Below are positions 44,350 to 55,981 of a DNA stretch of 64,000 bases, piece after piece; position 1 is the first letter of the stretch, and every line of letters starts with the position of its first letter. Source of the stretch: Craspedostauros australis (taxonomy: Eukaryota); NCBI GenBank assembly GCA_030167865.1, contig JALAGF010006529.1, positions 62,001 through 126,000 on the forward strand, read 5' to 3'. Both the position numbers and the translations under genes were made by a program. The notes under the pieces are model-generated. The model did not search any database. It was not told where the DNA came from and saw nothing but the letters and a program-made list of their open reading frames with translations.

Positions 44350-45111
44350 GGAGAAGTATGGGAAGAACGGAGGTGGTGGAGATGTGATGTGCGGATTGCC
44401 TCCAACCCTGGAATTGGTCTCGCTTTCGTGGCGCAAACGCGCGACAGCGACGGGCCAAAATGGTCTGCGAACAACGCAACACGCGCAATTTCACGTGTTC
44501 GGAGAAGAAGATTGCGTTGAACGCACTTCTCGTTTGCGAGAATGGTTTGGCATCAATGGTTGGCTGTCGCCATCTTCTGCGGTCGAATTGATCGAAAGTT
44601 TGTGTGGTGCAGAAGAAGAGGACCTTCTCAGAAAGTTGTTTGATTCACTCGAATGGAACGTTCCCGAGATCAGTTCGGATGGATCGAAAGTAGGGGTTCG
44701 AGTCACGTAATCTCGTGAACGGTCGTTCACCCACATTCGTGTTTTTGGCGCCAAAACTTCACAGGCATCTCCAGTCGTGGGTTTTGTCCTGGTCGCGAAA
44801 CAGGCTCGCGCAGCTTCAGCGGTTCGGGCGCAGCGGGAGATACGACTACTGCACAGTTGCGTTGCTCACGGAGCGCATACCATCCGAACTCTACTCGCAC
44901 GATGAGAGGATGGTGTTTCCTGCTCACAATTTCGCAACGATCCAACATCAGAGGCACCTTCATTGTGACTCTGACTGAGACAGCAACAGCAACGGCGACT
45001 GGAACAACGACATCAGATACAACAGATACGACAGATACGTCAAAGTTGCCCACTCTATTCCACTCTACTTCGCGCACACTCCTCCACACATCTCGCACAC
45101 ACTGTCACACC

Positions 45112-45990
45112 ATGCTCTCGAAACTGAAAGCGGCCATGGTCCCAGAGCTTTCGGGCAAGCAGCCAGAGGAGCATTGGAAGGAAGTGTCGTCGATCGAATC
45201 ACCATCACAAGAAGTTACTGACGAACAATGGAAGGGGTATCTGAGCAAGGACGAGTACGAAGTGCTGCGAAGGAAGGGGACGGAGGCGCCACATTCATCG
45301 ACGTACAACGGCCACATGCCAAAGAAAGGGCATTACGCGTGCCGAGCCTGCGGAAATGCGCTGTACTCGTATGAGAGCAAGTTCAAGGCACAGTGCGGTT
45401 GGCCAGCCTTTGGAGAGTTCTACGAAGGCAGCGTCGGCTTCCACCAGGACTACTCGCATCAAATGAGACGGTAAGACGAGAGCGCAGGCGTGTCGTTCGA
45501 TCGCATGACGCGAGAAGTGTTGCACCAGGTGTGCCATCCAGAGACTTTGCTGAGATGCTGCTCCAGACGAAGATGAGTGCGCTGGGTTGGTACGAGCACG
45601 GGTGGAGTATTGTGCACGAGCTATTGTTGGTATTCCATCACATCCTCTGGCGGGTCACTCACCCATGATTTCCCAACTGCTCCCACGGCACCATTCGAAT
45701 ACGGATACGCTTGGCAATTGCTAATTGCCAATTTCAAATGCATACGTCGACTCAATCAACAAACACTTTATGAAATGCTCCGGTCACTCCACATCCTGCG
45801 CCATACTTGTACGAGCAGAACAGAGATCATTTGCAATCGATGCCAGTCTCACTTGGGCCACGTATTTGCGGAGCGCAACCACACTGCCACCAAAACGTTC
45901 AATGAACGCCACTGCGTCAACGGTCTCTCCATCCGATACGTCAAGGCAGCGCCGGAGACGGAACGACAGTTGCAAACTCACTTGTCATGA
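45112..45990 (+). CDS. msrB: Peptide methionine-R-sulfoxide reductase MsrB (Zn-binding, Cys-type), 2 exons (45112-45470, 45819-45990)
   Basis: EYEVLRRKGTEAP, CRAC, KF..CGWPAF; GTAAGA donor at 45471 and CAG acceptor at 45816-45818 join to give RTEIICNRCQSHLGHVF...RHCVN. Confidence 0.93.
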
Positions 45991-46423
45991 TCTACGGGCA
46001 TGCGAACAAGGGAAGCAAAGAGAGGAATGCTCCACATACGTACACAAGTACGAGCAGAGACAAGCCTCGACTCGCTCGATCGATCTGCCATGCTGATACT
46101 CTACCCTTGCCTTTGTTGAGCACAATGTCAGGCAGCATCTCGCATTACCATTCTTGTCCTAATGTCTGTATGGGTATTTACAGTATTTACAGCAAGCTCG
46201 TTATTGTGTCGCATTGTAAAGTAATATGTAGTATTGTACTATTAATATATGCAACATGTAGTGTTAGTCAGTGGATCGTGATCTGCCACATCCACCATCC
46301 TATTCGTCCAAATATTCTGCGCGTACTACTCTGCAGAACAGACAGTTCAAAATGCCAGTCTCAAATGAAGGCATGCCAACGGAACGGAGAGACATGAGAC
46401 ATTAGGCGTGCGCAGGTGCACAT

Positions 46424-47470
46424 TTACACCTCTCCCGTACGCCCCTTCCTCTTTCGAGTGCTGCGCCGGTACGCGCTCTTCTCGTTGACGTTGGCAGACC
46501 ACGCAGGCGGCATGGTGCTCCTGGTGTGACCGTGCATGAGCCTCTTGTATTCGGCACGCGAAGTGCCCTCCCGCAACCGGCTGAGCACCATGTCCCCCAC
46601 CTGGCCCTGCTCGATGCACTCATGCATGAGCCTCGCCATCCACTTCTTGCGCTGCCTGGAGGAAGGCGGCAGCAAGCGGACGCACGCCTTCATCATGGTG
46701 CCGTAGGTGACGTGGTTGGGAGCCATGCCGAACTCTCGCGAGTTGGCCTTGAGCTCCTGGAAGGTTCGGATGGCCGTGTCGAAGGCGTCCTTGCCATGCT
46801 GCTTGACGTTGAATTCTGAAGCGCAATTGGAGATGACAGAGGAGTAGCCGAAGACATCCGGGACGGCGGTGTCACAGCCGCTCTGGTACCACAGCTTCTG
46901 GCGGTCGAGGATGGAGCGGGCGTACCGGAAGGATCCTGAGGCCTGGCTCTTCGACCAGCAGTTGATGACGGTGTTGAAGAGGATCGTGTCCGGCTCCCAG
47001 CCGAGGGTTCCCTCGCGGTGCTCCTTCTCCAACCTCCTGAGGATGAGCTCGGCCTTGCGGGCGGAGAGCGCATTGCCACCGTGGCTGAGAGTGTTGATGA
47101 CGGTGCTGTAGGTGTAGGCATCCGGCTTGACGTGGTGGTTGCCCTCGTTGAGGTGGAGGTGGTCCATGAACCCCAGGATGTCTACGACACGCGTGGAGGC
47201 CTTGTCCGACTTGGACCTCATCCAAGTTCCCAGCACGGCGTTGAAGCTGGTGGCCTTGGGGGTGAGTCGCACGCAGCCCGTCTCGCGCCGCAGCCGTTCC
47301 ATGGCACCCAGGAGACGCTCCGCATGCACGGGAGCATCTGGCATGGTGGAATGCGACCAGCTCTGCAGCACGATGTCGAAGCAGTCCGAGTCCGGCATGG
47401 CCTCCTCGTTCTTGCCGGATTTCTGGAGGTTGACCATCCACTCCAGCACCCTCTGCGCGCGGATGGCCGG

Positions 47471-47503
<33 letters not shown>

Positions 47504-48115
47504 TTTGTGGAGGTTGCCTTTGCTGTTGCTGCTGAAATCGTTGCGCACGGTGTAGTGCCTGTGATCCGCATGCCTCCATGCCATGAGGACCGTCTTGAAG
47601 GAGGACAGGTTGGGCTGGACGTGCACGTCCTCATTGCTATGATAGAGCTGCTCCATCTCCCGCACGATGGACTCGCACCGTTGCGCAGCGAAGGCTCCTG
47701 CGCCGCTTTTCGCCCAGCTCTCGAGAAGGCAGTTGTAGTCGTCTGTTGTGGCAATTGCCTTCGCGTTGCCCGCCGCCCTTTCATCGATGAGACGCTTGAG
47801 CAGCTGCTCGACTGCCACGGCGCTCTCCGTTGACCGCACGGGGCTCTGCAGCTTCATCCATCCGCTCATGATGCGTGGGACGGAGGTCACGGCCTCATCT
47901 GACAGCTGACCCATCGGCTGGTTGCAGATGTCGTTCGTCATCTCCTTCAGCCATTCCGATTGACGCGTGGTCGGCAGCTGATGCGCTGGTGAGGACACTA
48001 CGTACGCTTCTGCCACAAACGACACGGCGGAGTGCGTCTGTGCCTGCCGCTGTGTACATGTCTGCAGCAGCAGCAGAAGGACCGTTGATGTCGTGAGCGT
48101 CAGCAGTCTGGACAT
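46424..48115 (-). CDS. PPR protein, probably plastid-targeted
   Basis: PPR units PNLSSFKTVL, PDSDCFDIVL, PDAYTYSTVI, PDTILFNTVI, PDVFGYSSVI and PNHVTYGTMM. The N-terminus MSRLLTL...LLLLLQ...VAEA|YVVSSP resembles a signal peptide plus aromatic +1 (ASAFAP-type) motif. An alternative ATG is at 48181. Confidence 0.88.
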
Positions 48116-48390
48116 GTATTCTGGCAATGATGTCGGCACCAACCGAACGCAGGGCCTTGCTTTTGTTCTTTGGGACCTCATCTTTCTTTGGGATATTCTC
48201 TGTTCGTGGAGACTGCAATCTGCTCTCTGTATGGCTCTCTCACTCTGCTGGACCTGCCTCTTGTTGAGTTTTTGGTTTTGTGAGACCGAGATTGTGAGGC
48301 ACGGGCAGGACGGCGTCTTGATGAGAGAGCAGCAGGATGGAAGCAGAGAAGAGTAGAGGGATGGATTTCTGAGTTGATTGGTCGAACCTT

Positions 48391-48440
48391 GTGTTGTGTT
48401 GTGTTGTGTTGTGTTGTGTTGTGTTGTGTTGTGTTGTGTT
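48391..48440. repeat. (GTGTT)10 microsatellite
   Basis: Direct reading. Confidence 0.95.
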
Positions 48441-49083
48441 GCTTTGATTTGTTCTGTGCTGAGTTTGTGAGTTTGTGAGTGCGTCAATGAATCGATGACT
48501 CGATGAATCGATGAGTCAATGAATCAGTCGAGGCAAGGACACGGGCCCTTCGTGTGTGGGTGGTATTGTATAATATGTATAATAGGTGGTTGTACAGATG
48601 ACAGCAAGAAAGTCGAACCTGCTGATGGTGTAGAGAGATGCACAGAGATGCACAGAGACGCAGAACTTCTTTCCTTTTGCTCTTCGTTCTCAGCCACGGA
48701 ATGGCGACAAAGTTGACGATAAACTCAACAATCGGGTGCTCCTGCGAGTACTCGTGCTTGTGCTCGTGGTCGTGGTTCGAACAGTTCCAGCGCAGAGCTG
48801 TGCAGCACAGTGCAACGCGAACAACAGCCAATTTGTGTGACTCATCGGCACTTCGGTGATCACAGAGAAGGAAAGACACAAAACAAAGACATGACGCGGA
48901 GGAAGGTATCCTTTGTTCTTCCACACACGATGTCGTCATCTTGCCTGGTTCCACGTTATCAGCAACATGTGGTGTGTTGAGTACCAGATTCGGTTCTGTC
49001 GATTCCGGTGTCCGCGAAACAGCTGGTTCAACTGAGCTGGCGTGACTATCTTGTCCAATCAGAAATGAGTAAAACGCAATTGA

Positions 49084-49144
49084 TGACGTCAATGCATGAT
49101 GCGATCATTTCTCAAAGTACTTACTTAGGCTTATATTGACGTCA
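49084..49144. promoter_or_regulatory. Pair of TGACGTCA (CRE/bZIP-type) palindromes
   Basis: TGACGTCA at 49084-49091 and 49137-49144, about 1 kb upstream of the plastid-type PPR gene. Function is inferred only. Confidence 0.35.
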
Positions 49145-49250
49145 GGTTTCGACCATTCTTTGTTGACAATTCTCGCGCGCCAGAAAATCCTCTCGTTTCA
49201 ACCTCGCCACGTTGAATGTGGACTTCCCCCTCAAGTCTAGACAATCAACT

Positions 49251-49272
49251 GAGAGAGAGAGAGAGAGAGAGA
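49251..49272. repeat. (GA)11 microsatellite
   Basis: Direct reading. Confidence 0.95.
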
Positions 49273-49524
49273 GCACAACTCGCACGATACAATACGTACA
49301 TTGATCATTAACCTACTGCAAACAGGAGGGGCACCTTCCATCTCCACCATCAATTCTTCTGTCGTATTCTATAATATAATACGATCTAAATCGCGTCACG
49401 AGAACACGATGGAATAGAGAGTATTAGATAATATTCTATAATACAACAGAGCATAATATGATAGAGGAGAGTCATACTTTGCTCTACTCCAGACTGAACT
49501 TTGCTTGCTCTCTACAATAGAGAG

Positions 49525-52500
49525 CTAAGCATCACTGCTCGTATTTGGAGCATCAGTCGTAGCAGCATCAGTCGTAGCAGCATCAGTCGTAGCAGCATCA
49601 GTCGTAGCAGCATCAGTGCTCTCGTCGCCCCCAGATGTCTGTTGCTCGCCGGATCTGTTCCACGGACCTTCGAAACGGACCTTCACGTCGATGGGTGGTT
49701 TGTCCTTGCAGTAGCACCCGACTCGGACCTTTGTCAACATCCTGATCGTCACCGTGTTCCACGTCTCCTCGATGAACAGTTCCGACTCCTGGCGGTGCAG
49801 AGTGATGCGACGGTCGCCTTGGTCCGTCACGAACGCTTCCGGTCGGATCCATTCCTCGTGCTCCTGCAGGTACACGACCTTGCTGATGCCCAGCTTGGGG
49901 ATGAACACGGTGAACGCTGTCTCGCCCACCGACACGACGTACGCCATCAGCCTTCGCATGGGATTCTTGCGCAGGTAGATGGCCAGGAACACGACGTCGC
50001 TGCGATCCTGCGCCTTCTTCGACGCCTCCTTCTTCTCGTTGCACTTGATGCAGATGTCTCCGATCTCGTCCTCGCGGAAATAAAAGTCCTCCACCGCCTC
50101 CTCGCCATCGATCGTCGCCTGGAGCAGCCTGTGCACCATCACATCGGCGTACCGTCGGATGGGGCTGGTGAAGTGCGTGTAGTACGGGATGTTCAGCGCG
50201 TAATGCTTCCATGCCTCATCCGGCAGCTCGCCGCCAGCAAAGTACGTGGCAGGCTTCAACGGCGACTTCAACATCTCCGTGATGCACTGCACGGCGGTCG
50301 GGTCGCGTTGGCTCAATGCCAGGCGTTCCAACGACTTCTGCAACCCAGCGGAGCTCGCGATGTCGATATGGATGCCCCACTCCAACTTCACGGCCTTCTG
50401 GACGGCCTCCATGCCATCTGAGATGGGGCTTTCGTGGTTCCGCAGCACCGCCGAGCCCCCAGCGTGCGTGATGAGGCGCTGTGCCACGAGGTAGTTGGCC
50501 AGCAGCATGTACTCCTCGATAAGCTTGTTGGATTGCTTGATCTCGTACGGAGAGCACAGCAACGGCGTCTCGCCATCCTCGTCGAGCTTGAAGGTCAGCT
50601 TAATGGCGCTCAGCTGCACCGCTCCGTGCTTGAAGCGCAACCGCCGGCGTGCCTGTGCCACCTTGTTCATCAACCGCACATCCGAAGCAACCTCGGCCAT
50701 CGTGTGACCCCCGGTCGGTCTTCGGCTCAGAGGCCAGAGCTCTTCGTCGGTCTCGCTCTCCGCCTCTCCGTCCGACACCTTCTTGTCGATGATGTTCTGT
50801 GCCGTCGAGTAGTCCAACCGAGCGCACGACCGGATCACGGATCGTCCGTACCACACAGAATCCTCCTCGATACCGTAGGCGCCGGCCATGTTGCCATCCT
50901 TCTTCATCTTCCACACGCACGAGAAGGCTAGCCGTTCCACGTTCTCGTTCAAACTGCAGGCGATTTCGCAGAGGGGATGCGGTAGCATGGGGATCACTCG
51001 GTCGACCAGATACACCGTCGTGCACCTGCGCTGGGCTTCTTCATCCAGATCAGAATCCGGCGTGATAAAATGCTGTTGCGTGTCGATGGTTTCAGTCGGG
51101 CATCGGATGCCAATGATAATGATAATGGATCAAGGAAGACTGTGAGGATCATTTCAGATCGAGTTTCTGATGACGATGATGATGATGCATACAGTGGGTT
51201 GTGTTTCAAATGGACTTACCGTGACATCCGCAATGTGCACTCCTATCTCAACATATCCCTTCCCGATGTCTTCCACATGCAAGGCATCATCAAGATCCTT
51301 GGCGGTCGTTGGGTCGATGGTGAAGATGCGCTTGTCGCGGAAGTCCCGTCGCCCTTCGTACATCTCCGGTGTCGGCTTCCACCCCTTGGTACCATCGGGG
51401 AGCTCGTATTCCCCGTCCATGACCTTGCTCGCGCAGTCATCGAGGACGGACTGTGTGAACTCTCCGTGATCTACCTTGTTGGACACGAGCAGAGCCTTCG
51501 TTTCATCCTCCACGTTGCACGCAGATCCCATGCGTTCTACGTCGATGCAGGGTGGCCACCGCATGTCCCGCTTCCACGAACCGTGCACGTACTTGCCGAT
51601 GTACATGGCTTCATAGCCATCATCCTTCGTGGCTTCAGAGGTATCTCTGTTGCATTTGAGTTGCGGCAACGATCTGTCGCTGGGCGTGAGGAGGCAGATG
51701 CCGCTATGTAGACGCTTCATGGTGCCGACGACCGTCCGGAGCGCAACGGGTGCCTCATCCTCGTTATCAGGATCAATGTCCGTCCCGATCGTCTTGGGAT
51801 TGACAATGAATACGACCCTGCCTCGGCGTTGTTTGACTTGCGCGGCGCTGCCATTGTCGTCATCGCCTTGAGCGGGCGTGGCAGATGATCGCATCTTGAT
51901 GGGCACTAGTGGGGCCCAGAGCTCCATCTGGATGGTGTTATCCTGCCAGAGAGAATCTGTGATCTGGTCACCAGCCTCATCAGTATCAGTATCATCGTCA
52001 GTATTGTCGTTGTTGTCATCGTTTTGGGTGGTGGTTGTAGCCTTGGCATCGACTTTCTCCATGTGGCTCTGTTTATTGGTTTTGTTTGCGTTTGCGTTTG
52101 CATTGCTGCTGACATTGTCATTGTTCTTTGTGTTTCTGTTGTTGCTCTTGCTCTTGCCATCGTTGTTACCGTTGTTACCGTTGTTGCCGTTTCCGTTGTC
52201 GTCCTCATCATCTCCAATGAATCCAGGGAGCAGCTCCACAAAGACAGTGTCCCCATCAAACGCTCTGTTTCTCTCCAGTGGTGATGCCAGCACGACATCC
52301 TTCTCTTGTGAACGCCAATCGCACTTGCAGAACGCCATGCCTCTTTCGGAGCCCAGGACCTTGACTCTACCACGGATGATGTCAGGGTCGTGAGCGTTGT
52401 ATCTTGCGAGGCATTCCTGGTAGGTGAGATGGGGAGGGTAGTCGATCTTCTTGGAGCTGACATGCTGTCTTGCGAGTCCCTTGACCTGCTTCTCGGTCGA

Positions 52501-52854
52501 TCCTCCTCCGCTGCTGCCGTTTCTATTCTTGTTTCTATTGCTGTTGTTGTTGTTGTTGTTGCTGTTGTTGTTGTTGCTGTTGCTGTTGTTGTTTCTGCCG
52601 CTGTGGTTGTTGCCGCGTCCACCAGTACGTCCACCATTGCGTCCACCACGGCCTCTTCCTCCTCCCCTGCCTCCTCTTCCACCACGACCTCCACCACGGC
52701 CTCCACGACCACCTCTTCCACCACCTTCTGCGCTCGTCCCCCCTCCACGGTCTCCGCTGCGACCTCCAGCGCGGCCTCCTCCACGACCACCTGATGATCC
52801 TGCCTGATTGGGTTTCTTCTCCCGATGGCGGTTTCTGACCTTGTATCCCTCCAT
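49525..52854 (-). CDS. DIS3L2: DIS3-like exoribonuclease 2 (RNB family), 2 exons (52854-51220, 51072-49525)
   Basis: CSD motif RNRAFDGDTVFVEL, catalytic IFTIDPTTAKDLDDAL and GVHIADVT|HF joined across a GTAAGT...CAG intron (51219-51073), then LIEEYMLLAN and YTHFTSPIRRYADVMVHR. No PIN domain. Confidence 0.9.
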
Positions 52855-53543
52855 CTTGCTCTTTCTTCGATCTGGTTTTGCAGTGATTGACTCTCCGCTC
52901 TTATGCGATGCTCTCAATGCTCTCGGCGCTCTTGATGCTTTGGATCTTCGGGATACGCTGGAAGCCTTGCCTTTGACGCCTCTGCTCTTGGTGTTGCTGC
53001 AAGGCTTGGTAGAAGTATTATATGTGCGAGTGGCTGTGGCTGTGGTTGTGATTGTGATTGTGTTTAGGGTTGTACTGATACGGATGCTGGTCTTGTCCAA
53101 ACAACCAACAAGAAACATCTATCGATGCTGTTGGTCTCTTCGGATTATGATCAGGTGTGGCATGTAGGTAATGGTGTGTGCGCTTCTAGTAGTATTCCTC
53201 ACAAAGGGGTTGCATTCCCATCACCTATTTCAGTCGTGCGCTGGACGCCAATCGTGTATGGAATCTGGAATCCAAGCGTCTCGTCATTCATCTTCTCGCT
53301 GTGACTTCCAACCATCTCCGTCACATTTTCGTGTTTTCTTTCGCAGAAAATGAACGCGGGCGCAAAACACAGACACAAAACACGCTCTGCATGCCCCAAC
53401 ACGCTGAGGCAATCACCACATCAAAGGAGATGCGTCTCACCAGCACCGACTGAAGTGATCCATTCTATTCCATGGCATTGTACCAATAGTAGTACTATTA
53501 CTAATACTCAACTCCACTTAACTGTGCTCTGCAACATCTGAAG

Positions 53544-54590
53544 ATGGCACCAACACAGGAACAGGCCAGAGCCGCGAGGGCCAAGATCCTCGCAGGCGGA
53601 AAGCAGCCGAAGGCGAGGATCCAGAGGTACTTCAAGACTCTGGAGCCCAAGCTCAAGGAAGGCGCCAAGAACACGCTGCTGCTCAAGGGCATCAAGTGCA
53701 GCGAGGCGATGGGCACGCTGCTCAAGGACCTCAGGGCCATGCAGGCGCCCAACGTCAAGCTCCTCACGAAGAAGAACTTCATCGTCCCCTTCGAGAGCGA
53801 GGGACAGCAGACGCTGGAGTTCCTCTGCACGAAGAACGACTGCGCGCTCTTCGCGATGGCCAGCACCAACAAGAAGCGACCCAACAACCTCATCCTGGGT
53901 CGCACCTTCGATCATCAGCTGCTGGACATGGTGGAGCTCGGCGTCATCCGCTACAAGAGCATCCGGGATTACGGCGGCTCCGTGCCGAAGAAGCGCATTG
54001 GCTCCAAGCCGCTCATGATGTTCATGGGGGATGTCTGGCACCACGATTCCAGCGGCCAGAAGGTGCAGAACCTCCTCATCGATCTCTACCGCGGCGACGT
54101 CGTCGACAAGCTCACGTTGTCGGGCGTTGATCACGTCATGGTCTTCGTGGCAACGCAGCATCCCGCCACCAGCCAGCTCATCATCCACCAGAGGACGTAC
54201 TTCGTCAAGCTAAAGAAGAATCCCGCCAACCCCACCAGCAAGATACCCCTCCCCTACATGCTCCCCTGCGGTCCCGACATCAGCATGCAGGTGCGCAGAA
54301 CGCAGTTCGCATCGCCCGACCTCTGGAAGGCCTCGCTCAAGCAGCCGCAGGGTGCCAAGAAGAAGAAGCTCAAGAACCAGTCGACCAATCTCTTCGGAGA
54401 GACGATCGGGCGATTGCACGTGAAGAAGCAGGACGTTGCCAAGATGCAGGGACGCAAGAGCAAGGCCCTGCGACGGGCGGAGAAGACGGCCAAGGAGGAC
54501 GAGCAGCAGGCGCTGGACGAGGATCTCGCGAGGGAGCGCACGGAGATGGATCAGGAATTCCACCAGACCTACGGCTTCCAGCAGGACTAG
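53544..54590 (+). CDS. RPF2: Ribosome biogenesis protein RPF2 (Brix domain)
   Basis: EPKLKEGAKNTLLLKG, PFE...LEFLCTKNDCALF...NKKRPNNLILGRTFD...LDMVELG, GSKP and GETIGRLHV...KMQGRKSKAL are RPF2/BXDC1 signatures. Confidence 0.93.
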   Translation: MAPTQEQARAARAKILAGGKQPKARIQRYFKTLEPKLKEGAKNTLLLKGIKCSEAMGTLLKDLRAMQAPNVKLLTKKNFIVPFESEGQQTLEFLCTKNDCALFAMASTNKKRPNNLILGRTFDHQLLDMVELGVIRYKSIRDYGGSVPKKRIGSKPLMMFMGDVWHHDSSGQKVQNLLIDLYRGDVVDKLTLSGVDHVMVFVATQHPATSQLIIHQRTYFVKLKKNPANPTSKIPLPYMLPCGPDISMQVRRTQFASPDLWKASLKQPQGAKKKKLKNQSTNLFGETIGRLHVKKQDVAKMQGRKSKALRRAEKTAKEDEQQALDEDLARERTEMDQEFHQTYGFQQD

Positions 54591-54640
54591 ACCATGTCAA
54601 TTGTGGTGGCGCTTTTGTGACTTGCACTTCAGGGGCTGGA

Positions 54641-54711
54641 TGGACATGGACGTTGGACGTTGGACATTGGATATTGGACATTGGGCATTGAACGTTGGAC
54701 ATTGGACATTG
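54641..54711. repeat. Imperfect 7-bp tandem repeat (TTGGACA/TTGGACG) in the RPF2 3' region
   Basis: Direct reading, about 10 units. Confidence 0.85.
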
Positions 54712-55222
54712 TCTGCGCTCGTCACACCAACTGCAAATGCAAACGATTGTACCATACATACATACTCATACATGAACAGAAGCAGCGCCAAACTAGAGCC
54801 GTGGAAATCACATGAACTCCTGTTTTGCAAATCATGCGTACTACGGTACCAATGTCGAGAGAAGAGCGTGTCCTCTGGAGAGTACTCGATAGAGAGAAAA
54901 CTGCATTCTTCTCCATGTTTTATACAATACCTTGCAACTTGTACGTACGCATAATACTAGCTCGTGTAATAGTGCCCGACTTCTCGAATGTACGAGCTAT
55001 GGCACACTCTAATCGAATGCTCCACTCTTCTACTATACAATATGCCAGACATGTAGCACTCTTCTCATCACGTTGCTTCTCCCACCTGGACTGGTCTCTT
55101 CTCTTCTCTTCTGTCCTGCCCTGTCCTCTCCTCATCGTTCCGAATACTTACCGGAATTCATTTGAACGACTCTTTCATCCTCGACTTCATGTATGGTAGT
55201 ACATGTCTAATGTAATGTAATA

Positions 55223-55981
55223 CTACACAGTGAGAGGAGTGCCTGGTGGATGGCCAGTCTCCGTGCAGCACACTCCTGGGTAGGTCTCGAACTCTCCCGT
55301 GTGCCGGCTCATCTGTGCTGTAGCGCAGTACGTGCAGAAGACGGCGCAGCACAGATCCTCGCAGCCGATGCAGTACTGCTCCGGGATGGAGTACTGGGCG
55401 CGCATGTTCTGCCGGGTGCGATACATACTGTACACGCCCCAGACGAGGAAGAGCGCATCGCCGATGGTCCGAAGGACGACGACGTAGAGGGGAACCTCCG
55501 ATGGTTTGTAGTCCAGAGCCACCAGCGCCAGCGACGTGGAGTACATGGCGTAGGCGACGATGAGGGCCACGACGACCTTGAAGGTGTGCTGCGTGGAGAC
55601 CTGCGCACCGTGCTCGCCCAGCCAGGTGAGCTCCATGCGTCTCATGATCTGTGCGAGGGCGCACTTGGAGCACCAGAAGGCGCAGCAGCAGTGCGGGTGC
55701 AGCAATCCCAGGTTGCAGCAGTCCAGCAGACCGTCCTTCCATCGACCCGTGGGGGCGATGATGCGGTTTCTGGAAGCCATGGGCGGAAGCGGCGCCAGGA
55801 AGAGCTCTCCCTCCGAAACGCCGCCGTCGGGAACCTCCACGGTGAACGTTCGGTCAGGATCGTCATTGATGAGAGCATCGAAGGTGTACCCCCCTGGCAA
55901 AGACGCGGGGGCCCTCACGTAGATCATCAGCGGCTGGGCGTCGTCATCGTCCACGTGCTGTGCGTACTGCTTCTGCTCCAT
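55223..55981 (-). CDS. PLAC8 family (Cys-rich membrane) protein
   Basis: GRWKDGLLDCC, CCCAFWCSKCALAQIMRR, RQNMRAQYSIP and GCEDLCCAVFCTYCATAQMSRH, with two TM segments between them. Confidence 0.88.
   Translation of the reverse strand: MEQKQYAQHVDDDDAQPLMIYVRAPASLPGGYTFDALINDDPDRTFTVEVPDGGVSEGELFLAPLPPMASRNRIIAPTGRWKDGLLDCCNLGLLHPHCCCAFWCSKCALAQIMRRMELTWLGEHGAQVSTQHTFKVVVALIVAYAMYSTSLALVALDYKPSEVPLYVVVLRTIGDALFLVWGVYSMYRTRQNMRAQYSIPEQYCIGCEDLCCAVFCTYCATAQMSRHTGEFETYPGVCCTETGHPPGTPLTV

Noticed and set aside
44078..44710. 210-aa + strand ORF and other small ORFs over 44078-44520
   Set aside because: Non-ATG start, no recognisable domain, and antisense to the RNase MRP RNA, which explains the sequence.
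45112..46100. MsrB as a selenoprotein
   Set aside because: The catalytic codon is TGC, the terminal TGA follows a complete domain, and no SECIS is apparent. I also found no convincing Sec-readthrough ORF elsewhere in the window.
48182..48487. N-terminal extension of the PPR ORF (TQHNT repeats)
   Set aside because: Translation of the (GTGTT)10 microsatellite in the 5' flank.
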